A program made the position numbers and the translations under genes. The notes under the pieces were generated by a model. That model saw nothing but the letters and a program-made list of their open reading frames with translations. It had not been told where the DNA came from and searched no databases. Positions 9,614 to 19,088 of a DNA stretch of 61,443 bases are shown here, piece by piece (position 1 is the first letter of the stretch; each line of letters opens with the position of its first letter). Location of the stretch: positions 1-61,443 of the forward strand of contig JAEYZK010000262.1 of NCBI GenBank assembly GCA_023428085.1, in the 5' to 3' direction. This DNA comes from Pseudomonadota bacterium (GTDB taxonomy: Bacteria; Myxococcota; Myxococcia; Myxococcales; Anaeromyxobacteraceae).

Positions 9614-10594
9614 GTGGACTGGACGCGGGCGCTCTGGGGGGTAGCGGCGCTGATCGGGGTCCCGCTCGCCCTCTGTGCCTACCTCTTCCTCGTGGAGCGC
9701 GCGGTCGAGCGGCTGCCCGCGCGCCGGCGCCCGCGCGTGCGACCATGGCTGTGGATGGCGCCGGCGCTGGTGCTCCTCGCCGGGTTCCTCGTCTACCCTG
9801 CCCTGCACACCGCCGTGCTGAGCCTCCGGAGCGCGGACGGGTCGCGCTTCGTGGGCCTCGCGCAGTACGCCGAGATCTTCACCGCCCGCAGCATGCTCAC
9901 GGTGCTGCGCACCAACCTGCTCTGGCTCCTCCTCTTCCCCACCGTGACGGTCGTGCTCGGGCTGCTCGTCGCGGTCCTCACCGATCGCGTCCGGTACGCG
10001 TGGGCCGTGCAGACCGCCCTGTTCGTCCCGATGGCCATCTCGCTCGTGGCCGCCGGCGTCATCTGGAAGTTCATGTACCAGTTCCAGCCCTCCGGCGCGG
10101 CGCAGCTCGGCACCGTCAACGCGGTGTTGACGGCCGTCGTCCCCGGCTTCACGCCGCGGGCGTGGCTCTTCGATCGCGCGCTCAACAACCCCGCGCTCGT
10201 GTTCGTGCTCGTCTGGATGTGGGTCGGGTTCGCGATGGTCATCCTGCACGCGGCGATCCGGGGCATCGAGCCGGCGCTGGTGGAGGCCGCGCGCCTCGAC
10301 GGCGCCAGCGAGCTCCAGGTCTTCTTCCGGATCACCCTCCCCCTCGTGCGCCCGACGGTCGCCGTGGTGGCGACGACCCTCGTGGTCGGCGTGCTCAAGG
10401 TGTTCGACGTCGTCTACGTGATGACGAACGGAAGCCTGGACACCGAGGTGGTGGCGAACCGCATGTACAAGGAGATGTTCACCTACGGCGACTTCGGCCG
10501 GGCGAGCGCGTTCGCCACCTTGCTCCTGCTCGCGATCCTGCCGATCCTGTGGCTCCACGTCCGGCGGTTCACCCGGAAGGCACGCCGCGCGTGA
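9614..10594 (+). CDS. Sugar ABC transporter permease (MalF/AglF-like)
   Basis: TM helices; EAA motif EAARLDGAS; GTG start 9614. Confidence 0.88.
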   Translation: MDWTRALWGVAALIGVPLALCAYLFLVERAVERLPARRRPRVRPWLWMAPALVLLAGFLVYPALHTAVLSLRSADGSRFVGLAQYAEIFTARSMLTVLRTNLLWLLLFPTVTVVLGLLVAVLTDRVRYAWAVQTALFVPMAISLVAAGVIWKFMYQFQPSGAAQLGTVNAVLTAVVPGFTPRAWLFDRALNNPALVFVLVWMWVGFAMVILHAAIRGIEPALVEAARLDGASELQVFFRITLPLVRPTVAVVATTLVVGVLKVFDVVYVMTNGSLDTEVVANRMYKEMFTYGDFGRASAFATLLLLAILPILWLHVRRFTRKARRA

Positions 10595-11475
10595 GCGCAG
10601 GCCCTCCCCTCGGCGCACGCCGGTCCCTCGGGGCGCTCGGCCGGGCCACCTCGCGGGGCGCGGTGCACGCCACCCTCGTGGTCGTGAGCCTCGTCTGGCT
10701 CCTCCCGACGGTCGGCTTGCTGGTGTCGTCGCTGCGGCCCGCGTCGCGCGTCGCGACGAGCGGTTGGTGGACGGCGTTCGCGACGCCCCTCGCGTTCACG
10801 CTGGAGAACTACGCCCACGTCCTCACCCAGGCGAACCTGGCGCGGAGCTTCGTGAACAGCTTGCTCATCGCGGTGCCGGCGACCCTCATGCCCGTCCTCG
10901 TGGCCGCCTTCGCCGCCTACGCGTTCGCGTGGATGCGCTTCCCTGGCCGGGACGCGCTCTTCCTCGTCGTGATCGGCCTGCTCGTGGTCCCGCTCCAGGT
11001 GACGCTCATCCCCGTGCTGCGGGTGTTCGTGGGCGCAGGGCTCGCGGGGACGACCGCCGCGGTCTGGATCGCGCACACGGCGTACGGGCTGCCGTTCGCC
11101 ATCTACCTCCTGCGGAGCTTCATGGACGAGCTCCCGGCCGAGATGATGGAGGCGGCGGCGCTGGACGGAGCGACGCACGCGCAGATCTTCTTCCGTCTGG
11201 TGCTGCCCACGTCCGCGCCCGCGATCGCGTCGCTCGTCGTCTTCCAGTTCCTGTGGGTCTGGAACGATCTACTCGTATCGCTCGTCTACCTGGCAGGGTC
11301 TCCCGCGGAGCAGCCGATGACCGTGACGATCAGCAGCATGGTGAACTCCTACGGCGGCGGCTGGGAGTACCTGACCGCGGCGGCCTTCCTCTCCATGATC
11401 CTCCCGCTCGCCGTCTTCTTCGCGCTTCGGCGCTCGTTCGTGCGGGGCATCCTCGCCGGCGCGGTGAAGGGATGA
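10591..11475 (+). CDS. Sugar ABC transporter permease (MalG/AglG-like)
   Basis: EAAALDGAT, FLWVWNDL, ends RGILAGAVKG; GTGA overlap with the upstream gene. Confidence 0.88.
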   Translation: MSAGPPLGARRSLGALGRATSRGAVHATLVVVSLVWLLPTVGLLVSSLRPASRVATSGWWTAFATPLAFTLENYAHVLTQANLARSFVNSLLIAVPATLMPVLVAAFAAYAFAWMRFPGRDALFLVVIGLLVVPLQVTLIPVLRVFVGAGLAGTTAAVWIAHTAYGLPFAIYLLRSFMDELPAEMMEAAALDGATHAQIFFRLVLPTSAPAIASLVVFQFLWVWNDLLVSLVYLAGSPAEQPMTVTISSMVNSYGGGWEYLTAAAFLSMILPLAVFFALRRSFVRGILAGAVKG

Positions 11476-12506
11476 CGCGCCGCACGGGGCAGCGGCGGCC
11501 ACCGGTCTCCTCGCTCGACGTGGCCCGGCGGGCGGGGGTCTCCCGCACCACGGTCTCGTTCGTCCTCAACCACACGGCCGGGAAGAGCATCCCCGCTGCG
11601 ACGCAGGCCCGCGTCCTGGCCGCGGCGCGCGCGATGGGGTACGTGCCCGACCTCCGGGCGCGTGCGCGCGCGCTGGCCACCCGGCGCACGATCGGCCTCT
11701 TCGTCCCGCACACCGGCTACGTCTCGGCCGATCCGTACGTCCACCGCGTCATCCAGGGGATGTCGCCGGCGCTCCACAACGACCGCTTCCGCCTCGTCGT
11801 CCAGTCGATCGCGGGCAGCCAGGGCGACTACCTCGCGCTCGCGCGGCGCGGCGAGGTCGACGGGATCGTGTTCATGAACCCTCGGCGTGGAGACCGGGGG
11901 CTCGCCGAGCTGCGGGCCGCCTCGTTCCCGCTCGTGGTGATCGGCACGCTCCCGGATCGGGACATCCGCCAGCTCGACGTCGACAACCGCGCCGCCGCCG
12001 CCGGGGCGGTCCGGCACCTCCTCGATCTCGGCCACCGCGAGATCGGCCTCATCCTGCACGCGCCGCCGTCCTTCTCTGCAGCCCGGGATCGCCGCGCGGG
12101 GTTCCGCGCCACGATGGACGCCGCCGGGCTGCCGGTCCCGGCCGCCTGGCTGCGCGTCGCCGACCTCACCGAGGCAGGCGGTCACCGCGCGATGCAGGCG
12201 ATCCTGGCAGGCAGGCGCCGGCCCACCGCGGTGTTCGCGACGAGCGACGTCGTCGCGTATGGAGCGCTCCAGGCGCTGCACGAGCGGGGACTCGCCGTGC
12301 CCGATGACCTCTCGGTGGTCGGCTTCGACGACGACCTCCTCTCCCGCTACACCCGACCGCGCCTCACCACCGTCCACAGTCCCGCGGAAGCGCTCGGCGC
12401 CGAGGCGGCGCGCATCGTCATGGCGCTCGTCCGCGGCAAACGCCCGGGCAGATCCCCCCGGCTCGAGGCCTCGCTGGTGATCCGCGAGAGCTGCCAGCCG
12501 CGCTGA
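11472..12506 (+). CDS. LacI-family transcriptional regulator
   Basis: HTH 'DVARRAGVSRTTVSFVLN'; sugar-binding domain with VPDDLSVVGFDD; ATGA overlap. Confidence 0.92.
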   Translation: MTRRTGQRRPPVSSLDVARRAGVSRTTVSFVLNHTAGKSIPAATQARVLAAARAMGYVPDLRARARALATRRTIGLFVPHTGYVSADPYVHRVIQGMSPALHNDRFRLVVQSIAGSQGDYLALARRGEVDGIVFMNPRRGDRGLAELRAASFPLVVIGTLPDRDIRQLDVDNRAAAAGAVRHLLDLGHREIGLILHAPPSFSAARDRRAGFRATMDAAGLPVPAAWLRVADLTEAGGHRAMQAILAGRRRPTAVFATSDVVAYGALQALHERGLAVPDDLSVVGFDDDLLSRYTRPRLTTVHSPAEALGAEAARIVMALVRGKRPGRSPRLEASLVIRESCQPR

Positions 12507-12630
12507 CTCCCAGGGCCAGCGGTCCCATTCGTGCGCGGGCGGCCCGAGGGCGTGACGGATCGGAACCTCTGCTCGCGCGACCCTGCCCGAAGATCCGAGC
12601 GCTGGCGAAGCCAGGTGGGTCCGTGAACGT

Positions 12631-12663
12631 CCGCTCGTGCTGAGCCTGTCGAAGCACGAGCGG
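12631..12663. repeat. REP-like palindrome copy
   Basis: CCGCTCGTGCTGAGCCTGTCGAAGCACGAGCGG, between convergent genes. Confidence 0.8.
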
Positions 12664-12674
12664 CCTCGCTGCCC

Positions 12675-13685
12675 CTACCGCGAGGATCGCCGCTTCGACG
12701 GCTGCACCCGCGGCGGCTCGTCCTCCTGCTTCGCGTAGTGCGGCGGCCACGGCGCGTCGCCCTGGCCGTCCCGCTTCTGCTTCGCGGCGAGCTCGAGGAG
12801 CGGCTCGAGCGATCCGACGGCCTCGTCGATGCCCGCGCCGGGATCGCCGCGCTCCGCGAAGCGCGCCGGGACGGTGCGCAGGGTGAAGTCGGCCGGCTCG
12901 CACGCGGGGAGCTCGTCCCAGGTGATCGGCGTCGAGACGCGGGCGTCGGGGCGGGGGCGGACCGAGTACGCGGAGGCGATCGTGCGGTCCTTCGCGTTCT
13001 GGTTGTAGTCGAGGAAGACGCCGTGCCGCTCCTCCTTCCACCACTTGCTGGTGGCGAGGGCGGGGGCGCGGCGCTCCACCTCGCGGGCGAGGGCGAGCGC
13101 GGCCTGGCGGACCTCGCCGAAGCCCCAGCGCGGCTGGATGCGGGCGTAGACGTGGATGCCGCGCGAGCCGCTCGTCTTGGGCCAGCCGGCGAGGCCGTGC
13201 TCGGTGAGCACCTCGCGCGCGAGGAGCGCGACCTGCCGGACCTGGTCCCACTCCACCCCGGGCACCGGATCCAGATCGACGCGCAGCTCGTCCGGGTGCT
13301 CGACGTCGCCGGCGCGGACCGGGTGCGGGTGGAGATCCACGCAGCCGAGGTTCACCACCCACGCGAGCTGGGCCGCGTCGCGGACGACGATCTCGTCGGC
13401 GGACCGCCCCGACGGGAAGCGCAGCTCCACCACGTCGATCCAGGGCGGCCGCGAGGTCGGCGCGCGCTTCTGGTAGAACGGCTCCGCGGCGATGCCGTCC
13501 ACGTAGCGCTTGAGCTGCATCGGGCGATCGCGGACCCCGCGCAGCACGCCGTCCGCGACGGCGAGGTAGTACTGGATCAGCTCCCGCTTCGTGATCCCAG
13601 CCTCGGGGAAGTAGAGCTTGTCCGGGTTCGAGACCGTGACCTCCCGCCCCGCGACCTCCAGCACCTCCTTCTTCGAGCTCGCCAC
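12675..13685 (-). CDS. Stand-alone LigD-type primase-polymerase domain protein (Prim-PolC-like)
   Basis: VSNPDKLYFP, FYQKR, DELRVDLDP, KTSGSRGIHV, DYNQNAKDRTIASAYSVR. Confidence 0.88.
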   Translation of the reverse strand: MASSKKEVLEVAGREVTVSNPDKLYFPEAGITKRELIQYYLAVADGVLRGVRDRPMQLKRYVDGIAAEPFYQKRAPTSRPPWIDVVELRFPSGRSADEIVVRDAAQLAWVVNLGCVDLHPHPVRAGDVEHPDELRVDLDPVPGVEWDQVRQVALLAREVLTEHGLAGWPKTSGSRGIHVYARIQPRWGFGEVRQAALALAREVERRAPALATSKWWKEERHGVFLDYNQNAKDRTIASAYSVRPRPDARVSTPITWDELPACEPADFTLRTVPARFAERGDPGAGIDEAVGSLEPLLELAAKQKRDGQGDAPWPPHYAKQEDEPPRVQPSKRRSSR

Positions 13686-13688
13686 GGG

Positions 13689-14252
13689 CTAGGCCCGCTT
13701 CCACTTGATGTTGCAGCCCACGCTCGCGCGCTGGTCGGGCGACGGCGCCTCCCCGCGGGCGACGGCGTCGATCGCGGCGCGCAGCGACGCGCCGGTGACC
13801 GGCTTCGGCAGCGACGGCCGGCTGTCGTCGAACTGGCCCCGGTACGCGAGCTTCCCCGCCCCGTCGAAGAGGAAGAGGTCCGGGGTGCACGCCGCCTGGA
13901 AGGCGCGGGCCACCTCCTGCGTCGCGTCGAAGACGAACGGGAACCGCCAGCCCTCCCCTGCCGCGAGCGCCTTCATCGCGGCCGGACCGTCCTGCGGGTA
14001 CGCGACCTCGTCGTTCGAGTTCACGGCGATCACCGCGATCCCGCGGTCGATCGCCTCGTGCGCGAGCCGCACCAGCTCGCGCTGGATGTGCTTCACGTAC
14101 GGGCAGTGGTTGCAGATGAACGCGACGAGCAGCCCCCTCCTGCCGCGGGCGAGCTCCGCGGCGTCGATCGTCTTCCCGCTCACGGCGTCGGGGAGGCGGA
14201 AGGACGGCAGCGGGGTGCCCAGGGGCAGCATCGCGGACGGGGTCTCGGCCAT
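13689..14252 (-). CDS. Thioredoxin-fold / AhpC-TSA (PRX-like) protein
   Basis: FICNHCPYV, AACTPD, YRGQFDDSRP, SVGCNIKWK. Confidence 0.88.
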   Translation of the reverse strand: MAETPSAMLPLGTPLPSFRLPDAVSGKTIDAAELARGRRGLLVAFICNHCPYVKHIQRELVRLAHEAIDRGIAVIAVNSNDEVAYPQDGPAAMKALAAGEGWRFPFVFDATQEVARAFQAACTPDLFLFDGAGKLAYRGQFDDSRPSLPKPVTGASLRAAIDAVARGEAPSPDQRASVGCNIKWKRA

Positions 14253-14324
14253 GGCGATCTCCTCTCGTGGTGCGTCTCCGGATCCTAGGCCGCACGGCGC
14301 GACCGGGCACGCGAAAGGCGCCGC

Positions 14325-15215
14325 TCACTGCGGCTCGGCCGGGGAGGCCGAGGCGGCGGGCCGCGGCCGGATCGCCGCGAGGTACGAGCCCGAGAGGATG
14401 AGCACGAACCCCGCCGCGGTCCCCGCCGTGAACGGCTCGTCGAGCACCAGCACCCCCGCGGCGACGGCCACGGCGGGGTTCAGGTACGCGACCAGCGTCG
14501 CGCGGATGGGCCCCACCTCGGCGATGAGCTGGAAGAAGATCACGAAGGCGGCCGCCGTGCACACGACCCCGAGCACGACGACGGCGGCGATCACGCGGCC
14601 CGACGGGAACGCCGCGGGCGCGGCGAGGACGGCCGCCGGGGCGTACAGGATCGCGGCGGCCGTGAGGGACACCGCGACGACCTCCAGGCTGGGGAGGTCG
14701 GCGAGGTGCCGGGACACGACCAGCGGACCCACGGCGTACCCGAGCACGACGACGATCATCGCCGCGACCGCCCACGCGTCCCCCGCGCGGAGGTCGAGGC
14801 CCACCAGGGCGGCCACGCCCGCGAGCCCGAGGCACAGCCCGGCGAGGCCCCGCGCGCCGAGCGCTGCCTCCGCGCGGCCGGTGAGCCGGGAGACGAGCGC
14901 GCCGGCCAGCGGCACGCAGGCCACCAGGAGGCCGGCCGCCGAGCTGGAGAGGCGCCGCTCCGCGTGCGACAGCAGGAACCACGGGACCGCGACCTCCACC
15001 ACCGTGAAGACGAGGATCGGGCGCCACCGCGGGAGGAGGCGGCCGAGGTGCCCCCGCCGCACGACGAACGGCAGGAGCAGGCCCGCGCCGATGGCCGTGC
15101 GCCCGAGGACGAGGAGCGCCGGAGCGAGCTCGGCCACCGCGACGCGGATGAGCATGTACGGCAGGCCCCAGATCAGGGCGAGGCTGGCGAACAGGATCCA
15201 TCCGCGGCGCGACAC
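14325..15215 (-). CDS. DMT/EamA-family transporter
   Basis: About ten TM helices, IWG...R motif, YLNPAVAV; GTG start 15215 with GGAGGA SD. Confidence 0.85.
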   Translation of the reverse strand: MSRRGWILFASLALIWGLPYMLIRVAVAELAPALLVLGRTAIGAGLLLPFVVRRGHLGRLLPRWRPILVFTVVEVAVPWFLLSHAERRLSSSAAGLLVACVPLAGALVSRLTGRAEAALGARGLAGLCLGLAGVAALVGLDLRAGDAWAVAAMIVVVLGYAVGPLVVSRHLADLPSLEVVAVSLTAAAILYAPAAVLAAPAAFPSGRVIAAVVVLGVVCTAAAFVIFFQLIAEVGPIRATLVAYLNPAVAVAAGVLVLDEPFTAGTAAGFVLILSGSYLAAIRPRPAASASPAEPQ

Positions 15216-15337
15216 GTGGCTTCCTCCGGAGGGCCGGATGGTAGCCGCTGCCCCGGCGCGATGCACCTTGCGCCGGCTCGCTTCCTGGGATATCGGGGCG
15301 TTTCCGCGGGGCCGACGATCCCGCCGCGAGGAGCTCA

Positions 15338-16060
15338 ATGGGACGCATCTTCGAGACGCGCAAGGCCACGATGTTCGCCCGCTGGGACAAGATGGCGAAG
15401 GCGTTCACGCGCGTGGGCAAGGACATCGCCATCGCGGTGAAGGCCGGCGGCACCAACCCGGACACGAACCCGGCCCTGCGGCGCGCCGTCCAGAACGCGC
15501 GCGCGGTCAACATGCCGAAGGACAAGGTCGAGGCGGCCATCAAGCGCGCCGCCGGCCAGGACCAGGCGGCGTTCGAGACCATCCTGTACGAGGGGTACGG
15601 GCCGCACGGGGTCGCGCTGGTCGTCGAGGCGGCGACCGACAACGTGGTCCGCACGGTGGCCAACGTGCGGATGCACTTCAAGGACCACGGCGGCAACCTG
15701 GGCACGAACGGCAGCGTGGCGTTCCAGTTCCAGAAGATGGGGGTGTTCCGGCTCAACCCCCAGGGCCTCGATCTCGAGGCGCTCGAGCTCGACCTCATCG
15801 ACCACGGCCTCGAGGAGCTCGGCGAGGGCAAGGGCGAGAAGGGCGAGCCCCAGATCGTCATCCGCTGCGCGTTCGGAAACTTCGGGCAGCTCCAGGCCGC
15901 GATCGAGGAGCGGAAGCTCCCGCTCATCTCCGCGGAGTCGGAGTACGTCGCGCAGACGCCGGTCGAGCTCCCGGAGGAGAAGGCGCACGAGGTGCTCGAG
16001 CTCGTGGACGCCCTCGAGCAGGACGACGACGTCCAGCGGGTGTTCCACTCGCTCGCGTGA
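15338..16060 (+). CDS. yebC: YebC/PmpR-family protein
   Basis: NPALR...[27 protein letters not shown]. Confidence 0.92.
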   Translation: MGRIFETRKATMFARWDKMAKAFTRVGKDIAIAVKAGGTNPDTNPALRRAVQNARAVNMPKDKVEAAIKRAAGQDQAAFETILYEGYGPHGVALVVEAATDNVVRTVANVRMHFKDHGGNLGTNGSVAFQFQKMGVFRLNPQGLDLEALELDLIDHGLEELGEGKGEKGEPQIVIRCAFGNFGQLQAAIEERKLPLISAESEYVAQTPVELPEEKAHEVLELVDALEQDDDVQRVFHSLA

Positions 16061-16228
16061 TCCCCGGGCGCCCGCCCGCAACCCGCGCGGCACGCCTCCC
16101 CTCGCCCGCCCCCCGACTCCGCCCGTCCGTGCCACGCCCCCGGCGGGGAACCGGACAGTTCACCCTTCGCACCGGCGCGCCGCCGCGGTATCGGGAGAGC
16201 AACCACTCACTCCCCGCGAGGTGTGACG

Positions 16229-17212
16229 ATGCAGCACCGCGAGCTGGGCCGCACCGGGTTCAAGGTCTCCACCATCAGCTTCGGCGCCTGGGCCATCGGC
16301 GGCACGTGGGGCGCCGTGGACGACGCCGAGTCGCTCGCCGCGCTCCACCGCGCGGTCGAGAAGGGCGTGAACTTCTTCGACACCGCGGACGTCTACGGCG
16401 ACGGCCGGAGCGAGCGGCTCATGGCGCGGCTGCGCAAGGAGCGGAAGGAGAAGATCTACGTCGCGACCAAGGCCGGCCGGCGGCTCGACCCCCACGTCAC
16501 CGCCGGTTACAACCGCGAGAACCTCACGGCCTTCGTCGAGCGGAGCCTGAAGAACCTCGAGACGGACGCGATCGATCTCCTCCAGCTCCACTGCCCGCCC
16601 ACGGACGTCTACTACCGGCCGGAGGTGTTCGGGGTGCTCGACGACCTCGTACGGGCGGGCAAGCTCCGCCACTACGGCGTGAGCGTGGAGCGGGTCGAGG
16701 AGGCGCTCAAGGCGATCGAGTACCCGGGCGTCCAGTCCGTGCAGATCATCTTCAACGTCTTCCGGCAGCGTCCGGCCGACCTGTTCCTCGCCGAGGCGGC
16801 GCGCCGCAAGGTCGGCATCCTCGCGCGCCTGCCGCTCTCCTCGGGGCTCCTCGGCGGGAAGATGACGAAGCAGACCCGGTTCGCGGCGGATGATCACCGC
16901 TCGTTCAACCGCGAGGGCGCCGCGTTCGATCGCGGCGAGACGTTCTCCGGCATCGACTACGACGTCGCGCTCGCCGCCGTCGAGGAGCTCCGCCCGCTCG
17001 TGCCGGCGGGCGTGACGATGGCGCAGCTCGCCCTCCGCTGGATCCTGATGCACGAGGCGGTCACCTGCGCCATCCCCGGCGCGAAGCGCCCGGCCCAGGT
17101 GGACGAGAACGTCGCCGCGGCCGATCTGCCGCCCATCTCCGCGCCCACGATGAAGGCGATCCGGGGCATCTACGATCAGAAGATCAAGCCGCTCGTGCAT
17201 CAGCGGTGGTGA
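16229..17212 (+). CDS. Aldo/keto reductase
   Basis: FFDTADVYGDG, ATK, IDLLQLH, PLSSGLL, IPGAK (start 16223 or 16229). Confidence 0.9.
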   Translation: MQHRELGRTGFKVSTISFGAWAIGGTWGAVDDAESLAALHRAVEKGVNFFDTADVYGDGRSERLMARLRKERKEKIYVATKAGRRLDPHVTAGYNRENLTAFVERSLKNLETDAIDLLQLHCPPTDVYYRPEVFGVLDDLVRAGKLRHYGVSVERVEEALKAIEYPGVQSVQIIFNVFRQRPADLFLAEAARRKVGILARLPLSSGLLGGKMTKQTRFAADDHRSFNREGAAFDRGETFSGIDYDVALAAVEELRPLVPAGVTMAQLALRWILMHEAVTCAIPGAKRPAQVDENVAAADLPPISAPTMKAIRGIYDQKIKPLVHQRW

Positions 17213-17237
17213 GCGGCGCACACGCCGTCTGGAAGAA

Positions 17238-17293
17238 GCCCGCTCACCCTGAGCGTAGCAGCCGCGAAGCGGCTGCGGAGTCGAAGGGCGGGC
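17238..17293. repeat. Long variant of the REP-like palindrome with inner GCGAAGC hairpin
   Basis: GCCCGCTCACCCTGAGCGTA-GCAGCCGCGAAGCGGCTGC-GGAGTCGAAGGGCGGGC; related copy at 26448-26503. Confidence 0.75.
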
Positions 17294-17763
17294 TCGCCGA
17301 CCAGGTGGAATGCTCGGCGCCGCAGGCTGTCGTAGGCCGCGCGCGTGCCGCAGGAGGTCGAGGCGGGCGCGGCGCCGAGAATCGCCGGCACCCTCGGCGC
17401 ACGCGTCGCGAGAGCCGGCTCAGACATCGGCGCCGCGCGCGTTCACTCCGGGACGCGCGCGTTCCGCACCAGATCGCGTTCGGGCGCCTGCGCCATGGTC
17501 GGCTCGCTCGAGAACGATCACCGCGGCGAAGCCGCCTCATCACCGGGGCCCCCTGGGGGGCCGCCGGGCCCGGCCGTCCGCCTGAGGGCGTTGCTTGTGG
17601 CGGCTCGGCTGCGATTCCGGTTGGCTGGATGCACCAGGCGGCATAGCCGCCGAAGCGCCGGAGCCCGGGCCCCGCGCAGCGGTACACCGAGGTCGCGCCG
17701 AGGGCGCCTGCCATGCTCCGCGCGCGGAACGGACCTCGCGCAGGGGGCGCGCCTCTGTCCGAA

Positions 17764-17802
17764 GCCGGCCACCCGCGAGCGAAGCGAGCGGAGGTGGCCG
17801 GC
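17764..17802. repeat. Nested hairpin element in a long intergenic region
   Basis: GCCGGCCACC-CGCGAGCGAAGCGAGCGGA-GGTGGCCGGC, flanked by GGCGCGCC on both sides. Confidence 0.55.
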
Positions 17803-17963
17803 AAGTTTGGCGCGCCTCCCCCAAGCACATCCAGCGTCGGCCGCGCGCGTACCGAGATCCCCGCCGCGCGACCGAGGTAGCAGCGCGGGGCCTGGGCGGA
17901 GGCGCGGAGGCGGCGTACGGACCCGCACGGATCCGCGCCCGTTCACCTGGACGAAGAGCCGCC

Positions 17964-18887
17964 TCACTCCCGCTGGACGAGCCAGACTCCCCCGAGGATG
18001 ACCGCCGCCCCGACCGCGTACACGACGCCCGGCCGCTCCCCGAGCAGCGCGATCGCGAGGAGGGTCGCGAGGATCGGCTGGAGATACGTGACGCTCGCGA
18101 CGCGCGACGCGGGCAGGTAGCGGAGCGCGTGGGAGTAGATGAGGTACCCGACGACCGACGGCGCGATCGACATGTAGACGATGCTCACCCACGCCACGCC
18201 GTCGATCCCGGCCGTCCCCCCGAGCGACCAGAGCCCCCAGATCGCGAACGGGAGCGAGAGGATCGCCCCGCCCCAGTAGGCGATCGCGTTCACCGCGAGT
18301 GTCCCCACCTCCTCGGTGAGCGACTTGCCGAAGAGCGAGAACGCCGCGAACAGGGCCGCGTTCCCGAGCATGATGAGATCGCCCACCGCGCTCGCGTGCC
18401 CTCCGGGTGCGCGGGCGAGCTGGAGGATCGCCACCCCGCCCGCCGCCGCGATCATGCCGGCGAGCCGCCGGCGCCTCAGCCGCTCGTGGCCCAGCGCCGC
18501 CGCGCCGAGGAGGACCAGCACCGGCGCGACCGCTCCGATGACCGCCCCGTGCGCCACGCTGGTGTACGAGAGCGCCGCCACGAACGCGAACTGGTTCGCG
18601 ACGATCCCGAGCACCCCCACCGTCGCCAGCCGCGGCAGGTCGTGGCGCGTCCAGCGGCGGAGGGCCGGGTCCGCCCCGGCGCGGGCGAGCCGGTACACCG
18701 GGATCATCACCAGCCCCGAGAGCACCGTCCGCAGGCACGCGACCACGAGCGGCGGCGCGGCGCGGACCGCGAGCTTCGCGAAGACGAAGTTCGCCGCCCA
18801 GATGAGGAGCATCAGCGCCAGCAGGCCGTGCAGCCGGGCCCGCGAGGGGGCGCGGTGCGGCGCGGGGGCGCCGCGGTCGTCCGCCAT
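17964..18887 (-). CDS. DMT/EamA-family transporter
   Basis: IWAANF, multiple TM helices, YLQPILA..LLGE; ATG 18887. Confidence 0.87.
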   Translation of the reverse strand: MADDRGAPAPHRAPSRARLHGLLALMLLIWAANFVFAKLAVRAAPPLVVACLRTVLSGLVMIPVYRLARAGADPALRRWTRHDLPRLATVGVLGIVANQFAFVAALSYTSVAHGAVIGAVAPVLVLLGAAALGHERLRRRRLAGMIAAAGGVAILQLARAPGGHASAVGDLIMLGNAALFAAFSLFGKSLTEEVGTLAVNAIAYWGGAILSLPFAIWGLWSLGGTAGIDGVAWVSIVYMSIAPSVVGYLIYSHALRYLPASRVASVTYLQPILATLLAIALLGERPGVVYAVGAAVILGGVWLVQRE

Positions 18888-19088
18888 GGCCGCGGAGGAT
18901 GTGGTCCGCGACCGCCGAAAGCAACGAGAGCGCACGTGCTCGCCTCCCTGCGGCGCCGAGCCACAGCCCCGGCCGTCCGCGCGTGCGCCGGCGCGGCCTC
19001 GACCCGTGATAGACAGGCTGCCCCGGCCTCCCCGAGCCTCGACCCTGCCCTCGGGCTGGCCGCGCCGACCACGACCAGGAGAGCCGCC

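Noticed and set aside
4528..13685. Complete Ku/LigD NHEJ system
   Set aside because: No Ku gene or phosphoesterase domain seen; ligase and polymerase are LigC/Prim-PolC-like
17200..17830. Small ORFs in the 17.2-17.9 kb gap
   Set aside because: No recognisable motifs; they overlap repeats and hairpins and lack clear coding bias
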